A stretch of DNA of 63,906 nt, counting the filler, from Octopus bimaculoides (lineage: Eukaryota), in assembly GCF_001194135.2 (NCBI RefSeq). It is 7 parts of 7 records of this genome, joined end to end, with 100 filler letters (N's around TTAATTAATTAA, not from the genome) between each part and the next. Parts side by side here need not be neighbours in the genome. Positions count along the whole stretch, not along the records: positions 24,274 to 36,558 come from NC_068982.1; positions 36,659 to 43,819 come from NC_068999.1; 5 more parts are not named here. The stretch is one strand, 5' to 3'. This document shows, piece after piece, positions 25,124-39,229 of this stretch. Below the pieces are notes generated by a model that worked only from the letters and a program-made list of their open reading frames with translations, was not told where the DNA came from and made no database searches. Position 1 is the first letter of the stretch, and every line of letters starts with the position of its first letter. The translations under genes were made by a program, and so were the position numbers.

Positions 25124-25400
25124 TGTATATATAAGTATGTATGCATGCATGGATCAAAACAGTTCGATGCAAACTGGTTTGATCCATACATGTAACTCCA
25201 AATAAATGTGTTGAATGCCTTTCTTTCATTTGTCCACTCACTTGTATATATAGGTGTATATATATATATATATAAACACACACGCATATATATATATTTA
25301 TACATATATAAATATGTGTATATATATATATGCATATGTGTGTCTGTATACACACACACACACATACATACATACATACATACATAAATATATACATACA

Positions 25401-25431
<31 letters not shown>

Positions 25432-26613
25432 TTTCATACATGTATATATTTCTCCGTGTCCAGCTCACTCTGCCAGTTCGCGTTAGGGTTTTCTTTTTCC
25501 CTTTTTAATTAAGTATGCTTCTCTAATCTGAAATTTTATGGCATTTGTGTACTCAGTGAGACCTATGTTGATGCATTTCATCTACATCTTACTCAATGGT
25601 GGAACACTGCATTAGGTAATGTAGTATTGTAAAAATGTGGTGATATCCTGTGACGAAGTTGGCATTTGATAAATCGTAGTTGATAGATTGCGGTTTGTAA
25701 AGCAACATGGTTTATGGATAGAAGTAATTGATATTCAATGACAAGCATAGGAGGAAAATTATCATTCAGTGAATATTAACTATTCCATATTATATGCATC
25801 AAGAGGCTTCTTTCCACCATCTACAGACATTTCAACACACACACACTCATGCATATAAGCATGCATATATATATACACATGTATATGTATATATATAAAT
25901 AGATATAGATAGATATATATATATACATATATATACACATACACACACATATATATATTATTATAGCTATATATATATATATACGTGCAAGTGTATGTGT
26001 GTGTGTTAATGAATTTATATCAAAGTTTTGTTCTTCAAAACTTAATGTAATTGACAATAAATACATGTTTATCAGAAATGAAGCTGATGAATGAAAGAGA
26101 TATTTATTGAATTAGTCCCTAAGTTAAACCCATTCAATTCACCAAAATATGGTTGTATTTATTCCCTGGAGAAATCCTCTGTCACATTAATGAATAATGC
26201 TTGATTGCGATGAAACCAGCATTTCATCTATATATAATTATTCACCAACGTGGCCAAGTAGCAGCTTCAACCAACAACAAATTAAGAAATATAGAATATT
26301 ATTCAATATGCTATAAAGAATGGTGTGCAAACCTCTCTTGATGTTATATAGAAGGATATAGCTTAAATGAGCACTGGAATAGTAATATCATAGAGAAACT
26401 ACTTCTGTATCTTACCAATATATACTTGGTAAACAGGATGTTACAATCAATACATCCAGTGCAGTTATATTAGTGCATTCTTGTGATCCAATGCTATGAT
26501 ATGTAACAGAATCAGTTTTCAAATTTTTACTGTTCACAAATTTGACAAACACCAAGATGAAATGGATTTCTTCAGATACATATACAGATACACATACAGA
26601 TACGCATACAGGC

Positions 26614-26677
<64 letters not shown>

Positions 26678-26919
26678 CTACACATATATATATATTGAGA
26701 AAAACGGAGGCAGTCAGAATTTTGGATAATTCTTCATTAGTGCTTTTAATCATTTATCGAACTCGTCAAGACAAATTTTGTCTTGAGTTCAATAAACAAA
26801 TGAAAGCACTAATAAAGAATAATTCAAAATTTTGACTGCCTCCTTTTTCTCAATATACAATATCTGTACACCATTTCAAACACCCTATACATGCATACAT
26901 ACATACATACATACATACG

Positions 26920-27010
<91 letters not shown>

Positions 27011-27018
27011 GCACACGT

Positions 27019-27053
<35 letters not shown>

Positions 27054-27056
<3 letters not shown>

Positions 27057-27710
27057 GGGTGTATGAGTGGATTGAGAACTTCAAAAATGACCAGCCAAGC
27101 ATGAAGCATGAAATTGGAGCAAGAATGCCCATCACCCTCCACCAATGACATGTAGATTCATGAAGCTAGCATGGTTCTGGTCAACTGATAAGTGACCATC
27201 GATGAGATGGCATCTTCTCTGCAAACAAATCGTGGTTCTTCATACAAAATCATCCCTGACTAGCTTTGCTTTCGTAAAGTCTCTGTGTGATGGGTTCCAA
27301 GAGAGCTTACCAAAGAACAATTGTGTGGAGATGAAGCACGCAAGTGTTATCACATCAACACTTACTCAACCTCTACGATGATGAAGATGAAGCTTGTTTT
27401 GGAGTGAATAGTAGTCACAGGAGATGGAACTTGGATCCACCACTGTGTGCCAGAGTAAGGACCGGGAACACACAAAATCACCAACAACAAAGATATTCAA
27501 GACTTGATTTGACTCAACACAAATAGTCAAAAACCTTTTTCTCCAACAGAATAAGCAAGCTTGTGGACCACTGGAAGAATTGACCACTGGACGAAGTGCA
27601 TGAGAAAGCAAGGAGGCTATGTCACAAAATGATGCAATTGTCCAACCACTGCTTTTGTTTTAATAAATTACAGAATCAAGAGTGTGTATGATTTTTGACT
27701 TACCCATGTA
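27054..27710 (+). mobile_element. Mariner transposase pseudogene with internal deletion and right TIR
   Basis: [12 protein letters not shown]; WVPRELT; IVTGDGTWIHH; NRISKLVDHWK...GGYV; ends tttttgacttaccc...TA. Confidence 0.85.
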
Positions 27711-27929
27711 TGTATGTATGGATGGATGGCTGGATGGATGGATGTAGGGTCTAGGACTAAAGTTAGCTGAGAGCAGCAGCTGCATTAGTTGTACTTAATT
27801 TGTGATCCTGGAACTTAAAATGTATTGGTTCCTTAGCATCATTTACATCAGAGAATAAAGAAATGAATAAAGGAGAAGAGATGCCAATCAAGTGTGAAAA
27901 AGTTTATGGTGGAGGAAAAGAAGAATGAA

Positions 27930-28002
<73 letters not shown>

Positions 28003-28129
28003 CTAGGTAGACAGATAGACAAAGAGAAAAAGGAAAGTGAGAGAACATGCTCATATGTGCAAATTTGTTCAGAAAATTTAGCTTTTGAAATATGACCAAG
28101 AGCTAAAATATATCACATCTGGCAGCAGC

Positions 28130-28620
28130 AAACTGTTCACGTAAGTTACTTACTATTCATGAATGACACAAACAGCCTCATATTACCACAAAACGATGAA
28201 GTCAGTTACTCAATTACTTTTTGATAACCACTGCAGCAACTATTCAAAATCCTATCGTTTTCGTCATGAAGTTCCAGAAAATACAATCTTGAATTGCATT
28301 TGGTTTTATGAAATTGACAGCTTTTATTACAATGGCAAATATATCTTACAGTCATCTACCTAATTGTTCTACAACCAAACGTCAACTTATCTTGAGCACA
28401 GTATTTTTAAATGACAAATGGTTTCCCTAAATCTACAAGTATACAGACAGTGCTATTAGTTTATTAGTTCCACAAACCATTATATTTTTGTATGAAATAG
28501 TATTTTCTTTTAAATAACTCTTAGTTTCTTTAAAAGTTGTTTCAGCTTTGATGCTTGTAGTAAATATTTCATCTTGAATCTAATTATCATTTCAAGACTT
28601 AACATGCTCTTTTTGAAGAA
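28130..28620 (-). mobile_element. hAT (Charlie/Buster-like) transposase remnant
   Basis: AIVIKAVNFIKPNAIQDCIF and WLSKSN resemble VIK.VNFIK..ALN.RLF and RWLS.G. Confidence 0.55.
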
Positions 28621-28636
28621 CTTTATCTCTTAAAAC

Positions 28637-29640
28637 CAGGGCTGGATAAAAGAAAAAAACCCATGGAGGCCTTAAGCACTTAAAAGACTTTGCTGCCCCT
28701 ATTTATATGTAATTCAAAATATAAACAATAACAAACTGTAAAAACAAAACTTTATTTTTCAAAATGAAGCAAAACTAACAATGCGAGATGATGCTTATTT
28801 TTGTATACTTCCACTGTATCTATATTCAAAAAGATTTCTCCTACTTTTTTTAATTGCTAAGTTTTTGATCGAATTCTCAATATGACGCCAGGGACACTTT
28901 GAAGTTATATTGTCGATAATATAAACCACATCTAATATCATTTTAGAAAATTTGAAGTGATTTCTTTTGTGCTATAAATCATTTACCATTTCAGCGGTGC
29001 CCACTTCACTTGATATCCTAAAGTTGTGTTTATTTTGTTTAAATGGTTAATGCAACACTGCTTATAAGAGATTCACCAATTTGCAGGGCAAACTACTTCT
29101 CATGCAACTGCTAAACTAGTTGTTTTCCTTACATTTCTCAGTCATTTTTGTCAAGGTACTTCAATACTGAGAAATTTCTCAAAAGAATGATTTTGGTAAC
29201 ATCAAATGTATTCTGTATCATGACAGTTAAGATCTCAAAAGATTCCTCGGGCAAAATTAAAATTTCATTGCTTATTAGATATGGCTGACAGCTTTTGCAA
29301 TTATCTTGGAAATATCATAGAATGTAAGTAAACCATTGACTGCTTCATTGCATACAATGATTTCCTTTCTCAGAANNNNNNNNNNATTTTTTTTTTTTTT
29401 TTTTTCTTTTTTTAGTACTCTAGAGATTTGTCTTCCTTGCTGTTGTGCATTGTTGCCAAAAGTTCCACATTTTACATGGTTGCTTGCTGTCAGTTAAAAA
29501 TGCTGCCGAGCATATAAGATATAGTGACTTTGTAATGTTAGGAGAACACAAATGGCAAAAGATTCAATGAAAATATTCAACAAGAACATTTTGCCTTCAT
29601 CTCACTAGCCATGGGTCATATGTAATGATGAATAAACCCT
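28637..29640 (-). mobile_element. Second, heavily decayed hAT-like element with one terminus
   Basis: Terminus cagggctgg...ggaggcc.taagcactt...tgcccct; MASEMKAK...LNLLPFVF and VSLASY*EFDQKL weakly resemble hAT motifs. Confidence 0.4.
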
Positions 29641-29779
29641 AGCATAAAGCAATGATATTTTTAAGAGTCATAGTCGTCATCATCATTATCATTATCGTCA
29701 TCATCATCATCATCATCGTCATCATCATCGTCATCATCATCATCGTCGTCATCGTCATCATCCTCATCATCATCATCAT

Positions 29780-30340
29780 CATCATCATCATTTAACGTAT
29801 GCTTTCCATGCTGGCATAGGTTGGACGGTTTGACTGAAAACTGGTCTGCCAGGGGGCTGCACTAGGTTCTGATCTGATTTGGCTGGCAAGGTTTCTATGG
29901 CTGGACGCCCTTCCTAATGCCAACCACTAAAAGAATGTAATGAGTGTTTCTTACATGCCACTGGCACGGATGCCATTGACCTGACACTGACATTGGCCAT
30001 GACTACGGACTCGCTTGGGTTAACAGGTCTACACAAGCACAGTATATCGTTGAAGGTCTTGGTCCCTGTCACTGCCTCCATGAGGCCTAATGCTCAAACA
30101 GTGCTTTTTACATGCTGCCAACACGGGTGCCAGTCAGACGTCACTGCCATTGGACACATCTACGATTGCATTCCGTTTGACAGGTCTTCACAAGCACAGC
30201 ATATCCCCTAATGATTGAGAAGTGCTTTTAATGGGGCCACGATTACGATCTCACTTGCCTTGATGGGTCTTCTCAAGCATGGCATATCTCCAAAGGTCTC
30301 AGTCGCTTGTCATTGCTTCTGTGAGGCCCAACATTCAAAG
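29780..30340 (-). mobile_element. Element with RTE-type 3' tail ending in (GAT)n (also 31510-31700, 33275-33580)
   Basis: Minus strand ggttggcattaggaagggcgtccagcc...aaaccgtccaacc..tgccagcatggaaagc..acgttaaa(tga)n in three copies. Confidence 0.65.
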
Positions 30341-30557
30341 ATATTTTTAAGAATGAATCAAATTATTATCCAATGTATATAATTTATATTTACCAATCTA
30401 TATTTACAATTATCTGGGGTCAAATTTATACCTTTCAGCTGTCCAGGTTGATAAAACTAGTACCTCTTAAGTGCCACAGCCAATTTAAATCAACTAATCT
30501 TCCTCTAAATATCTGGCTTAGTACCTTTATTAGAACTTATTATTAATTAATGTTGTA

Positions 30558-30596
<39 letters not shown>

Positions 30597-30972
30597 GTTT
30601 ATAATAATATAAATATAAATATATGCACACCTCCACACGCACACACAACCACACACACACAACCACACACACTCATGTATTGTTGATATCATAAGATCCA
30701 ATAAACCTCTGAGAAAATGTGGAATAATTCTGTTTTGGAACATTGAAGCTTGTAGCACATAAAGCTATAAATGATAACATGACAAGCATTGGCCTCAAGT
30801 TCCATAAGCAGCTTTTGACATTTTCTATCCATAAGAGATTTTCAACCTAATATTTACGTGCTATTATTTATAGTTGTATGTGCTTTGAGATCCACTGTTC
30901 CTAAAAAGGAATTATTTCATGCTCTCTCAAAAGTGTATAATATGATGTCAATAACACAAACACACATAAACA

Positions 30973-31012
<40 letters not shown>

Positions 31013-32365
31013 CATATNNNNNNNNNNNNNNNNNNNNNNNNNNNNNNNNNNNNNNNNNNNNNNNNNNNNNNNNNNNNNNNNNNNNNNNNNNNNNNNNNNN
31101 NNNNNNNNNNNNNNNNNNNNNNNNNNNNNNNNNNNNNNNNNNNNNNNNNNNNNNNNNNNNNNNNNNNNNNNNNNNNNNNNNNNNNNNNNNNNNNNNNNNN
31201 NNNNNNNNNNNNNNNNNNNNNNNNNNNNNNNNNNNNNNNTATATATATATATATATATGTATATGTATATATATATATACATATATACACATACATATAC
31301 AAGATCGTAGGATGGCAGTTTTGATTCCCAGACCGGGTTTTGTGAGTGTTTATTGAATGAAAACACCTAAAAGCTCCACGAAGCTCTGGCAGGGGGTGAT
31401 GGAAAACCCTGCTGTACTCTTTCACCACAATTTTCTCTCACTCTTTCTTCCTCTTTCTGCTGGAAGATAGATAGATATAAATGTCATCAGATGTATGTGT
31501 CGTCATCATCATCATCATCATTATCATTTAACGTCCATGCTCCATGCTAGCATGGGTGGGATGGTGCCACAAGAGCCAGCCAAGCCGAAGCCTGCACCAG
31601 ACTTCTGTGACTGTTTTAACAGGATTTTTACAACTGGATGCTCTTCCTATCACCAACCACTCAGCAGAGTGGACTTAGTGCTATGTATGAAAACTGGCAC
31701 TCCATTAGTTACAAGGATGAATGTTCCAGTTGACCCAATAAATAGAACAACTTGCTGGTGAAATTAATGTGCAAGTGGCTGAGTGTTCCACAGACACATG
31801 TACCCTTAATGTAGTTCTCAGGGAGATTCAGCATGATGCAGAATGTGACAAGGCTGGTTCTTTGAATTACAGGCACAACTCATTTGCACCAGCTGAGTGG
31901 AGTGGAGCAATGTGAAATAAAGTGTCTTACTGAAGGATACAATTCACCCCCAAGTATTGAACTCACGACCTCAAAACTGTAAACCAAACATCCTTGCCCA
32001 CTAAGCCACATACCTTCTTGTATGTATCTACATTATAGCATTTAATGAAGGCTGAACATCATCATTATCTTTGCTCCTTAAATCTACACAACAGATAAGT
32101 ATATTATTACTTTAATATCTGTCCTAATTATTTTTAATTCGCTGAGGAGAATATCTTTGTCTTTGATGATTGTCATTTAAATGTGGCTTAATATATTATC
32201 CTGAGACCAAACATTATAAAATATTCCTTGTTTTTAACTGATAATAAGCCATCTCATGAGATAACATGTGAAGGATGATTTTATAGTTATATATACTCTT
32301 TAACTAATTGAGTAATGTATGTGTGTGTGTGTGTATATATATACATATATATATATATATGTATA

Positions 32366-32433
<68 letters not shown>

Positions 32434-32647
32434 TATATACATATATGCAGGCATAAGCACATATTTGCTTATTTGAAGATAAATATGTAAAGATATGTTC
32501 ATATACTTGTTGGCATTAGATTACGCACATATACATAGACATACACATTTCTGAGTTACCAGAATATGTGACTAACTTTATGATGAGCACTGTTGTGTGT
32601 GTGTGTGTGTGTGTGTCTATGAATGTATGCATGCGTGTATGTATGTG

Positions 32648-32733
<86 letters not shown>

Positions 32734-32774
32734 CACATACATACAAGCATATATAATAATAATAATCATAATAA

Positions 32775-32960
32775 TTATAATAATAATAATACCTTAGGAA
32801 TGAGAACCCAGGTTTGGAATTTCCCCAAGACACCTGATGAAGGCTGGAAGGTATATCAGCCAAAACGTTGTGCTAACAACAAACAAGATGAGGACAAATA
32901 TCCATCAAATGTAAATAATGTAAATAAGGTACATAATTCCTCATCTCTTAAATATAGGAC
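32775..32960 (+). mobile_element. HHR-tailed repeat, same family as 62072-62345, with G12-to-A substitution in the core
   Basis: gacac-CTGATGA-a-ggctg...cagcc-AAAA-CGTT-gtgct at 32829-32874; flanks match the 62.2-kb copy. Confidence 0.8.
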
Positions 32961-32961
32961 T

Positions 32962-33205
32962 GAATTAGTGGCACTGTGAAAATTTGTAAGACACTCCAAA
33001 GATTCTCCATCAGAGATTCTTCAGGCGAATTGATGCACGCACTACGGTGTGGGCTTCGACAATCCAACCAACACACCAAATCAACTACAGATTTACAAAC
33101 ACCGAGAACTCTGTTAACTCAAAATGTCTTGTCACTTTGTTGGCAGCCATCTTGGACTCTTATAACAAACTTAAATAAAACTCAAATAAAAAAAAGACCA
33201 TACAT
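32962..33205 (+). mobile_element. Extreme 3' end of RLE element related to family D
   Basis: GTVKICKTLQRFSI vs GTVKICKTFQKFII at 43470. Confidence 0.55.
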
Positions 33206-33864
33206 TCATATACACATACACACAAACCAGTATATATATTTACACACGTGCATATGTATACCTCGTAACCATCATCATCATCATCGTCGTTTAACATCCA
33301 CTTTCCATGCTGGCATGGGTCAGACGGTTTGACTGAGAACTGGCAAGCCGAGAGGCTGCACCAGGATCCAATCTCATCTGGCGAGGTTTCTACAGCTGGA
33401 TGCCCCTCCTAACGCCAACCACTCCAAGAATGTAGTGGGTGCTTTTTATATGCCACCGGCACAGGAGACAGTCAGGTGGCACTGGTATCAGCCATGCTCA
33501 AATGGTGCATTTTACATGCCACCAGTATGGGTGCCAGTCGGGTGGCACTGACATCAGCTCGGCACTGGCACGCCTCCTTCCTCTATGCAATGAACACCTT
33601 TATTTCATTGTTTTTTTTATTTTATTTTATTTAATTTTTACATAACTTACCCTTTTTCTGAACTATTGACATAAAAACACATAAACACAGCTTTCTCCTT
33701 GTTTTTCGTCTTTCTCAGACTTAACACTATTTATTTTTCATAAATACATTTACCATCTTGTATGTATTTTCTCCTCTCTTCCCTTTCTTTCCCTCACTCT
33801 ATATTTATCTTCCTCTTTAGAAGGTGATACAGCAATCAAACAGCAGTGCTAAGGTTTAGTTATC

Positions 33865-33924
<60 letters not shown>

Positions 33925-34335
33925 CCTTCTCTTTCTCTCTCAATCAGTCTATCTTTCTCCTTCTTTCTACTCCTTCTCTTTTGTCTTCTAAAGTAGAGGA
34001 ATGTATGCCAACTTCTGTTTGTTAAATTTTCACTCATTTATACACACACACAGATACACAGACATACACACACATACCCGTACACACACACACACACACA
34101 CACATGCACACACAGCAAAGTATACTCATACTTGGAAACACCATTCATTCAAAGATGATGAATCTTTCTACTCATTTTTCTAATAGCGTTCACTCACATA
34201 CAACGGCGTGCATGCACACACACACATACACATAAAAACGAATATTATTCACTCCCCTATTCACCATTTATTTATCTATCTACCTATCTAAGTTCTCCTT
34301 TCTGAGACACATTTATTCACTCACCTGCATGCACG

Positions 34336-34369
<34 letters not shown>

Positions 34370-34596
34370 CACATACAAACACACATACACACGCACATAC
34401 AAGCACACATACACACAGGCACACACACACACATACACACAAGGAAATTCGTGTACAAGTATATTTCCTTATTTTCTATTACAACTTTGTCTCTCTTTCT
34501 CTCTTCCCCTATTTGTCTTCCTCTCTGCCTGTCTGTCTATCAAGCTGTCTATCCATCCATCCATCCATCCATCCACCCATCTATCCACACACACAC

Positions 34597-34639
<43 letters not shown>

Positions 34640-34741
34640 ACATATTTTGTTATGTCATGCTTTGTGTTAAAAAATAAGCTAAAAATGTGGTTCAATCAAT
34701 GTGTTTGTTAATCTGAAGTTTTCTCTATATTCTGATTATTT

Positions 34742-34781
<40 letters not shown>

Positions 34782-35229
34782 ATGCACACACATACACACA
34801 CTTACATACACATGCATGCACACGCCCTCGTACACACATAAAGCACTTCTGTCAGTCATTAAATATCTCATGCTCACTCCCACCTTGTCTTTCTCAATTT
34901 CTCTTCCACTTCCTAAGACAACATTTAGCTCAGCACCTGCAAACACACACACACACAAACTTCTTTCAGTCACTGAAAATTCCCATTTCCACCCTCCTTA
35001 TATCACAAACTGTCTTGTCTTCCTTTCCTCATGCTTTTCTCTCTTTCTCAGTATATATACATATACATACATATACATATATACACAACTCTTATGCATC
35101 ATACACACATATATATATGTATGTATATGTTTGTGTGTGTATGCAACTATGTATTCGTACAAACAAATAAAACATATACATATATATATATATATATATA
35201 TACAAACACACATATANNNNNNNNNNNNN

Positions 35230-35278
<49 letters not shown>

Positions 35279-35370
35279 ATATATATGCACACATATATAA
35301 ACATTTTCAATCATACTTTACATAGTTTACGTACATTTGTATACGTGTATATGTGTGTGTGTATCTTTAT

Positions 35371-35408
<38 letters not shown>

Positions 35409-35638
35409 TCTTCATTCTTCTTTGCATACCCTAACTTGTATATATACAACCTTCTTGGAATAGTTCTCTAGTATTCCTCCACCTGGTTTATACTTTGGTA
35501 TTCTTCATTTTACATTATCAATATGCATGTGTGTGTGTGTGTGTGTGTATGTGTGTGCATATATATATGTATGCATGTTTGTATGTATGTATATGTGTGT
35601 ATATGCATGTATACATTATATATATATACATTATATAT

Positions 35639-35677
<39 letters not shown>

Positions 35678-36294
35678 TATATACATATATATATACATGA
35701 CATATATATACACATATATATTATATATACATTATATATTATATATATTATATGTACATATATCTCTATACATTATATATTATATGTTTGCGAGTGTATG
35801 TGTACTTCAAGAAAAAAACTCATTTTTCTATATATAATATCTCTTACAGACCATATATTTTGGTTGAAAGCAATTTTAATTGGATGTATATTACGTATGA
35901 TTGCATTAATATATTTTATCTGATATACAAGGGAGTGTGTATATGAATGTATTTGCATGATAGAATATTTATTTGTAAGTATTTGTATAAACCTATACAT
36001 AAAGCTTGTTTGCACATCTGCGTATTTGCACATACATACTCACATGTAACAGCTATGTGTGTATGCGTGTGATACTTTCTAACTGCACATAAGCACATAA
36101 ACAGGCACCAGCATATATTTGCTTATTTGATGATAAATATGCAAAGATATGTTCCTATTCTAACTGCCATTAGATTGCATACACATGCACACTCACACAT
36201 GTAGGCATATGCATAAATATGTACATGAATATGATGCATGCCCATATATAAATACTTATTTTTTCTCTTTCCCTATCTGTATTCTTCCTTCTCA

Positions 36295-36342
<48 letters not shown>

Positions 36343-37059
36343 GGGAGAGAGACAGAGATAAAGAGAGAGAGAGAGAGAGATAGAGATGTAAAAGATATAC
36401 ATACATAAATACATTCACATATATATATATCTATATATGTATGTATATATATATACATATATGTATATGTATATACATAATATATATATGTGTGTGTGTG
36501 TATATATATGTATATATATACATATATATATACATATATATATATGCATATGTTTGTGNNNNNNNNNNNNNNNNNNNNNNNNNNNNNNNNNNNNNNNNNN
36601 NNTTAATTAATTAANNNNNNNNNNNNNNNNNNNNNNNNNNNNNNNNNNNNNNNNNNNNTATATTTTGATTGACATGTAGTAAGATAAAAAAAAATAATCA
36701 ATTCAAATTTGAACTGATAGCTTGATTTCTATTATTGGCATGTTTACGTATTTGTGTTCGTTCGCTGTCGTCGCCATGGACGACGCTCGCCGTCGTCGCC
36801 ATGGTGAAGAAACTCACTCTGCAACCACTTTTCACCCAACGTGGTTTTGCGTTTAGTGTTCTACCAAGTGGCATATTGTGCAAGTGACTTCTAATATAGC
36901 TCCAGACTGGCCAATACCTATCGTGTGAATTTGTGAATTTGATGCGCGGAAAATGAATTGAAGCACTCACACACACACGCGCGCGCGCGCGCGCGGATAT
37001 CAAGAAGTCAGTCAGGAATAGGTGGAATTTTCCAATTCTTCAAAATATATTTATACATA

Positions 37060-37307
37060 TGCTAGCAACCACTAGGATGGGGAGTCACTGAAGATTTCCG
37101 GACAAAGTACATAAAATAACAACAATAATAAAATAAATCTCAAGTGAAGAACCAATATATAGTAAATGTATTTATCTGGCAAAAAAAGAAAAAGGAAAAA
37201 AATGACCATCCCGAAATATAACAATATCTGTTTCAACACACGATTTCGCATCAAGAATCTTGCAAAACAAATACATACCTACATACAAACATATGTACAT
37301 ACATACA

Positions 37308-37338
<31 letters not shown>

Positions 37339-37400
37339 GTACATACATACGTATGTACGTACTACGTACATACATACATACATACATACATACATACATA
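37060..37400 (+). repeat. Interspersed repeat with (TACA)n tail; inverted homologue at 41600-41800
   Basis: aaaatgaccatcccgaaatataacaatatc..tttcaacacacgattt vs reverse complement of ttttgcaaatcgtgtgttgatagagatattgttgtatttcgggatggtcattttt. Confidence 0.7.
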
Positions 37401-37974
37401 CATACATAAATACATGCTTACATATATATATTTACGGCCTTATTTTTTGCATGTTTGCAGAGGTAAGAAGCAATACTTTATTCACTTAATTTTTTTACAA
37501 CCATGCCTGTATAAATATAGAGTTAACTTTTGTGGCTTCGGAGTGTTTCAACTTCTGTTTTCAGCAAAGATGGTGTATTTTTAAAAAAGCGCCATTCTTA
37601 TATATAATTTCTTATATATATATATATATCTAATCATTCTGCCTGTACGGCTTTAGCTTACGGCCACTAACATCGATATATATATATATATATACATATA
37701 TATATAAGGATATATTATCCAAGCGTACACCAGTTGAGCATTGATATCGATTAACGATACTGGAAATTTTTCATGTATATATGTACTAGTGTTTATCGTT
37801 GGTTCTTAAATATTAGTACTTTAAACCTCTGAAATTCCAATTATCGCAATGGAAATTTGCATCATTTTCGATATAGGAGAAAAAAATTTAAAAATTCATA
37901 GCAAACAGAGAATACATGGGTAGGGTAATCAATTTATTACCATAGTCCTGTCAAATTAATGAGTTCATTCATAT

Positions 37975-38070
37975 TGCCTACGCTGCGTTTCGGCTTATTG
38001 CTGTTATACAATATTTGCACTTTTAAAGAGTATTATGAAGTTGAAAAAGCAAAAAGTCTCCTCAAGGCAA
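37975..38070 (-). ncRNA. Type I hammerhead ribozyme motif (U3 variant, long helix II)
   Basis: ttgcc-TTGAGGA-gac...gcc-GAAA-cgc-a-gcg-TA-ggcaa: helix I ttgcc/ggcaa, helix III acgc/gcgt, GUA cleavage triplet. Confidence 0.7.
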
Positions 38071-38415
38071 AATTGACTGATATTATTCTATCTGATGGAG
38101 AGTTTATTCCGATTGAATTGCAGCATGTGCCTCTTGGATTTTGTTCTAAAAGTAGCTAAAAAGTGGGGTTTTTTTTATACCTTACTGGACAAGGGATTAG
38201 CACAGTTCAGAAGAAAGGTCATGTTACTATTCCACTCTCTTGGTAATGCTAATCAACTTTTTACAAGCCTGCCACTACTTTTCATCCTATTCAGTATGTC
38301 CATAGCGCACGCTTCTACGTCATTATTCCGTTCATTTAGCCAAATTGATTAACTATTTATGATTACAAGACTGCTCTTATTTTTCATACTATTTATCTAC
38401 GCCTTAATTATTGAT

Positions 38416-38513
38416 TATGCCCTGAGGAGGCATTTTGCTTTTCAACTTCATAACGCCCTTTAAAAGTGCAAATATTGAATAACAGCAATCAGCCGAAACA
38501 CAACGTAAGCAAT
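38416..38513 (+). ncRNA. Type I hammerhead ribozyme motif (canonical core, helix I and III mismatches)
   Basis: atgcc-CTGAGGA(38422-38428)-ggc...gcc-GAAA(38495-38498)-cacaac-GTA(38505-38507)-agcaa. Confidence 0.65.
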
Positions 38514-38619
38514 ATAAATAAACTTATGAATTTGGCTGGACCATGGTAATAAATTGATTATTCTATGTATGTATTCATATTTTCCATTTTCTTTGAACTT
38601 TTAAACTTTTTTCTCATAT

Positions 38620-38880
38620 ATATGACATAGTGGTTAGGGTGTTGTGTTCACGATTGCAATATTGTAGTTTCAATTCCTAATCCGGGTGGTGCGTTGTGTT
38701 CTTGAGCAGAACATTTCATCCGACGTTGTTCTGTTATCATTTCGACACCTGATGCGTGGCACACAGTGCAACTATTCAGGCAACTTCAATTTGGTGAAGA
38801 TAGTGAGCTATTGCGTGGCACGAACATTTGACCACTATAAGCAAATCATTTGTGCAGTTCATTTGACCAGAAGTTAAACG
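38620..38880 (+). mobile_element. Decayed tRNA/CORE-type SINE
   Basis: catagtggttagggtg...tttcaattcc...gcgttgtgttcttgagcagaacatttc. Confidence 0.6.
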
Positions 38881-39156
38881 GTCATATGTCGTCTTTGACG
38901 GTAGGGCCCATCATATATGTATATATATGAAAATCTGGTAACTTTTTCCCGTCTTATAAGGCTACATACCCAATCTTTCTCTAGTGCTTTCACAGCTGCG
39001 TTCAAAATTTACTTTCTTGTATGTAAAATACTAACACATTCGACGTTTCCCAAAAGTTTGTTCATAATATATATACATACATTTATATATATATATATCT
39101 GCGTGTGTACATATGTACATATATACATACATATATACATACATACATATATATAT

Positions 39157-39229
<73 letters not shown>

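Larger units (their letters stand above)
37924..38565. mobile_element. Foldback element with ~145-bp inverted arms and ~350-bp spacer; each arm carries a type I HHR
   Basis: 37924-38068 is the reverse complement of 38418-38562 (roughly 85% by eye). Confidence 0.8.

Noticed and set aside
28081-28160. Strong GTAAGT donors on both strands near 28141-28156
   Set aside because: They fall within or next to a hAT remnant and have poor acceptors.
36700-36960. Weak CR1-linker-like translation (WSYIRSHL...KPRW...KHAN)
   Set aside because: Similarity to the 43920 fragment is too slight to call.
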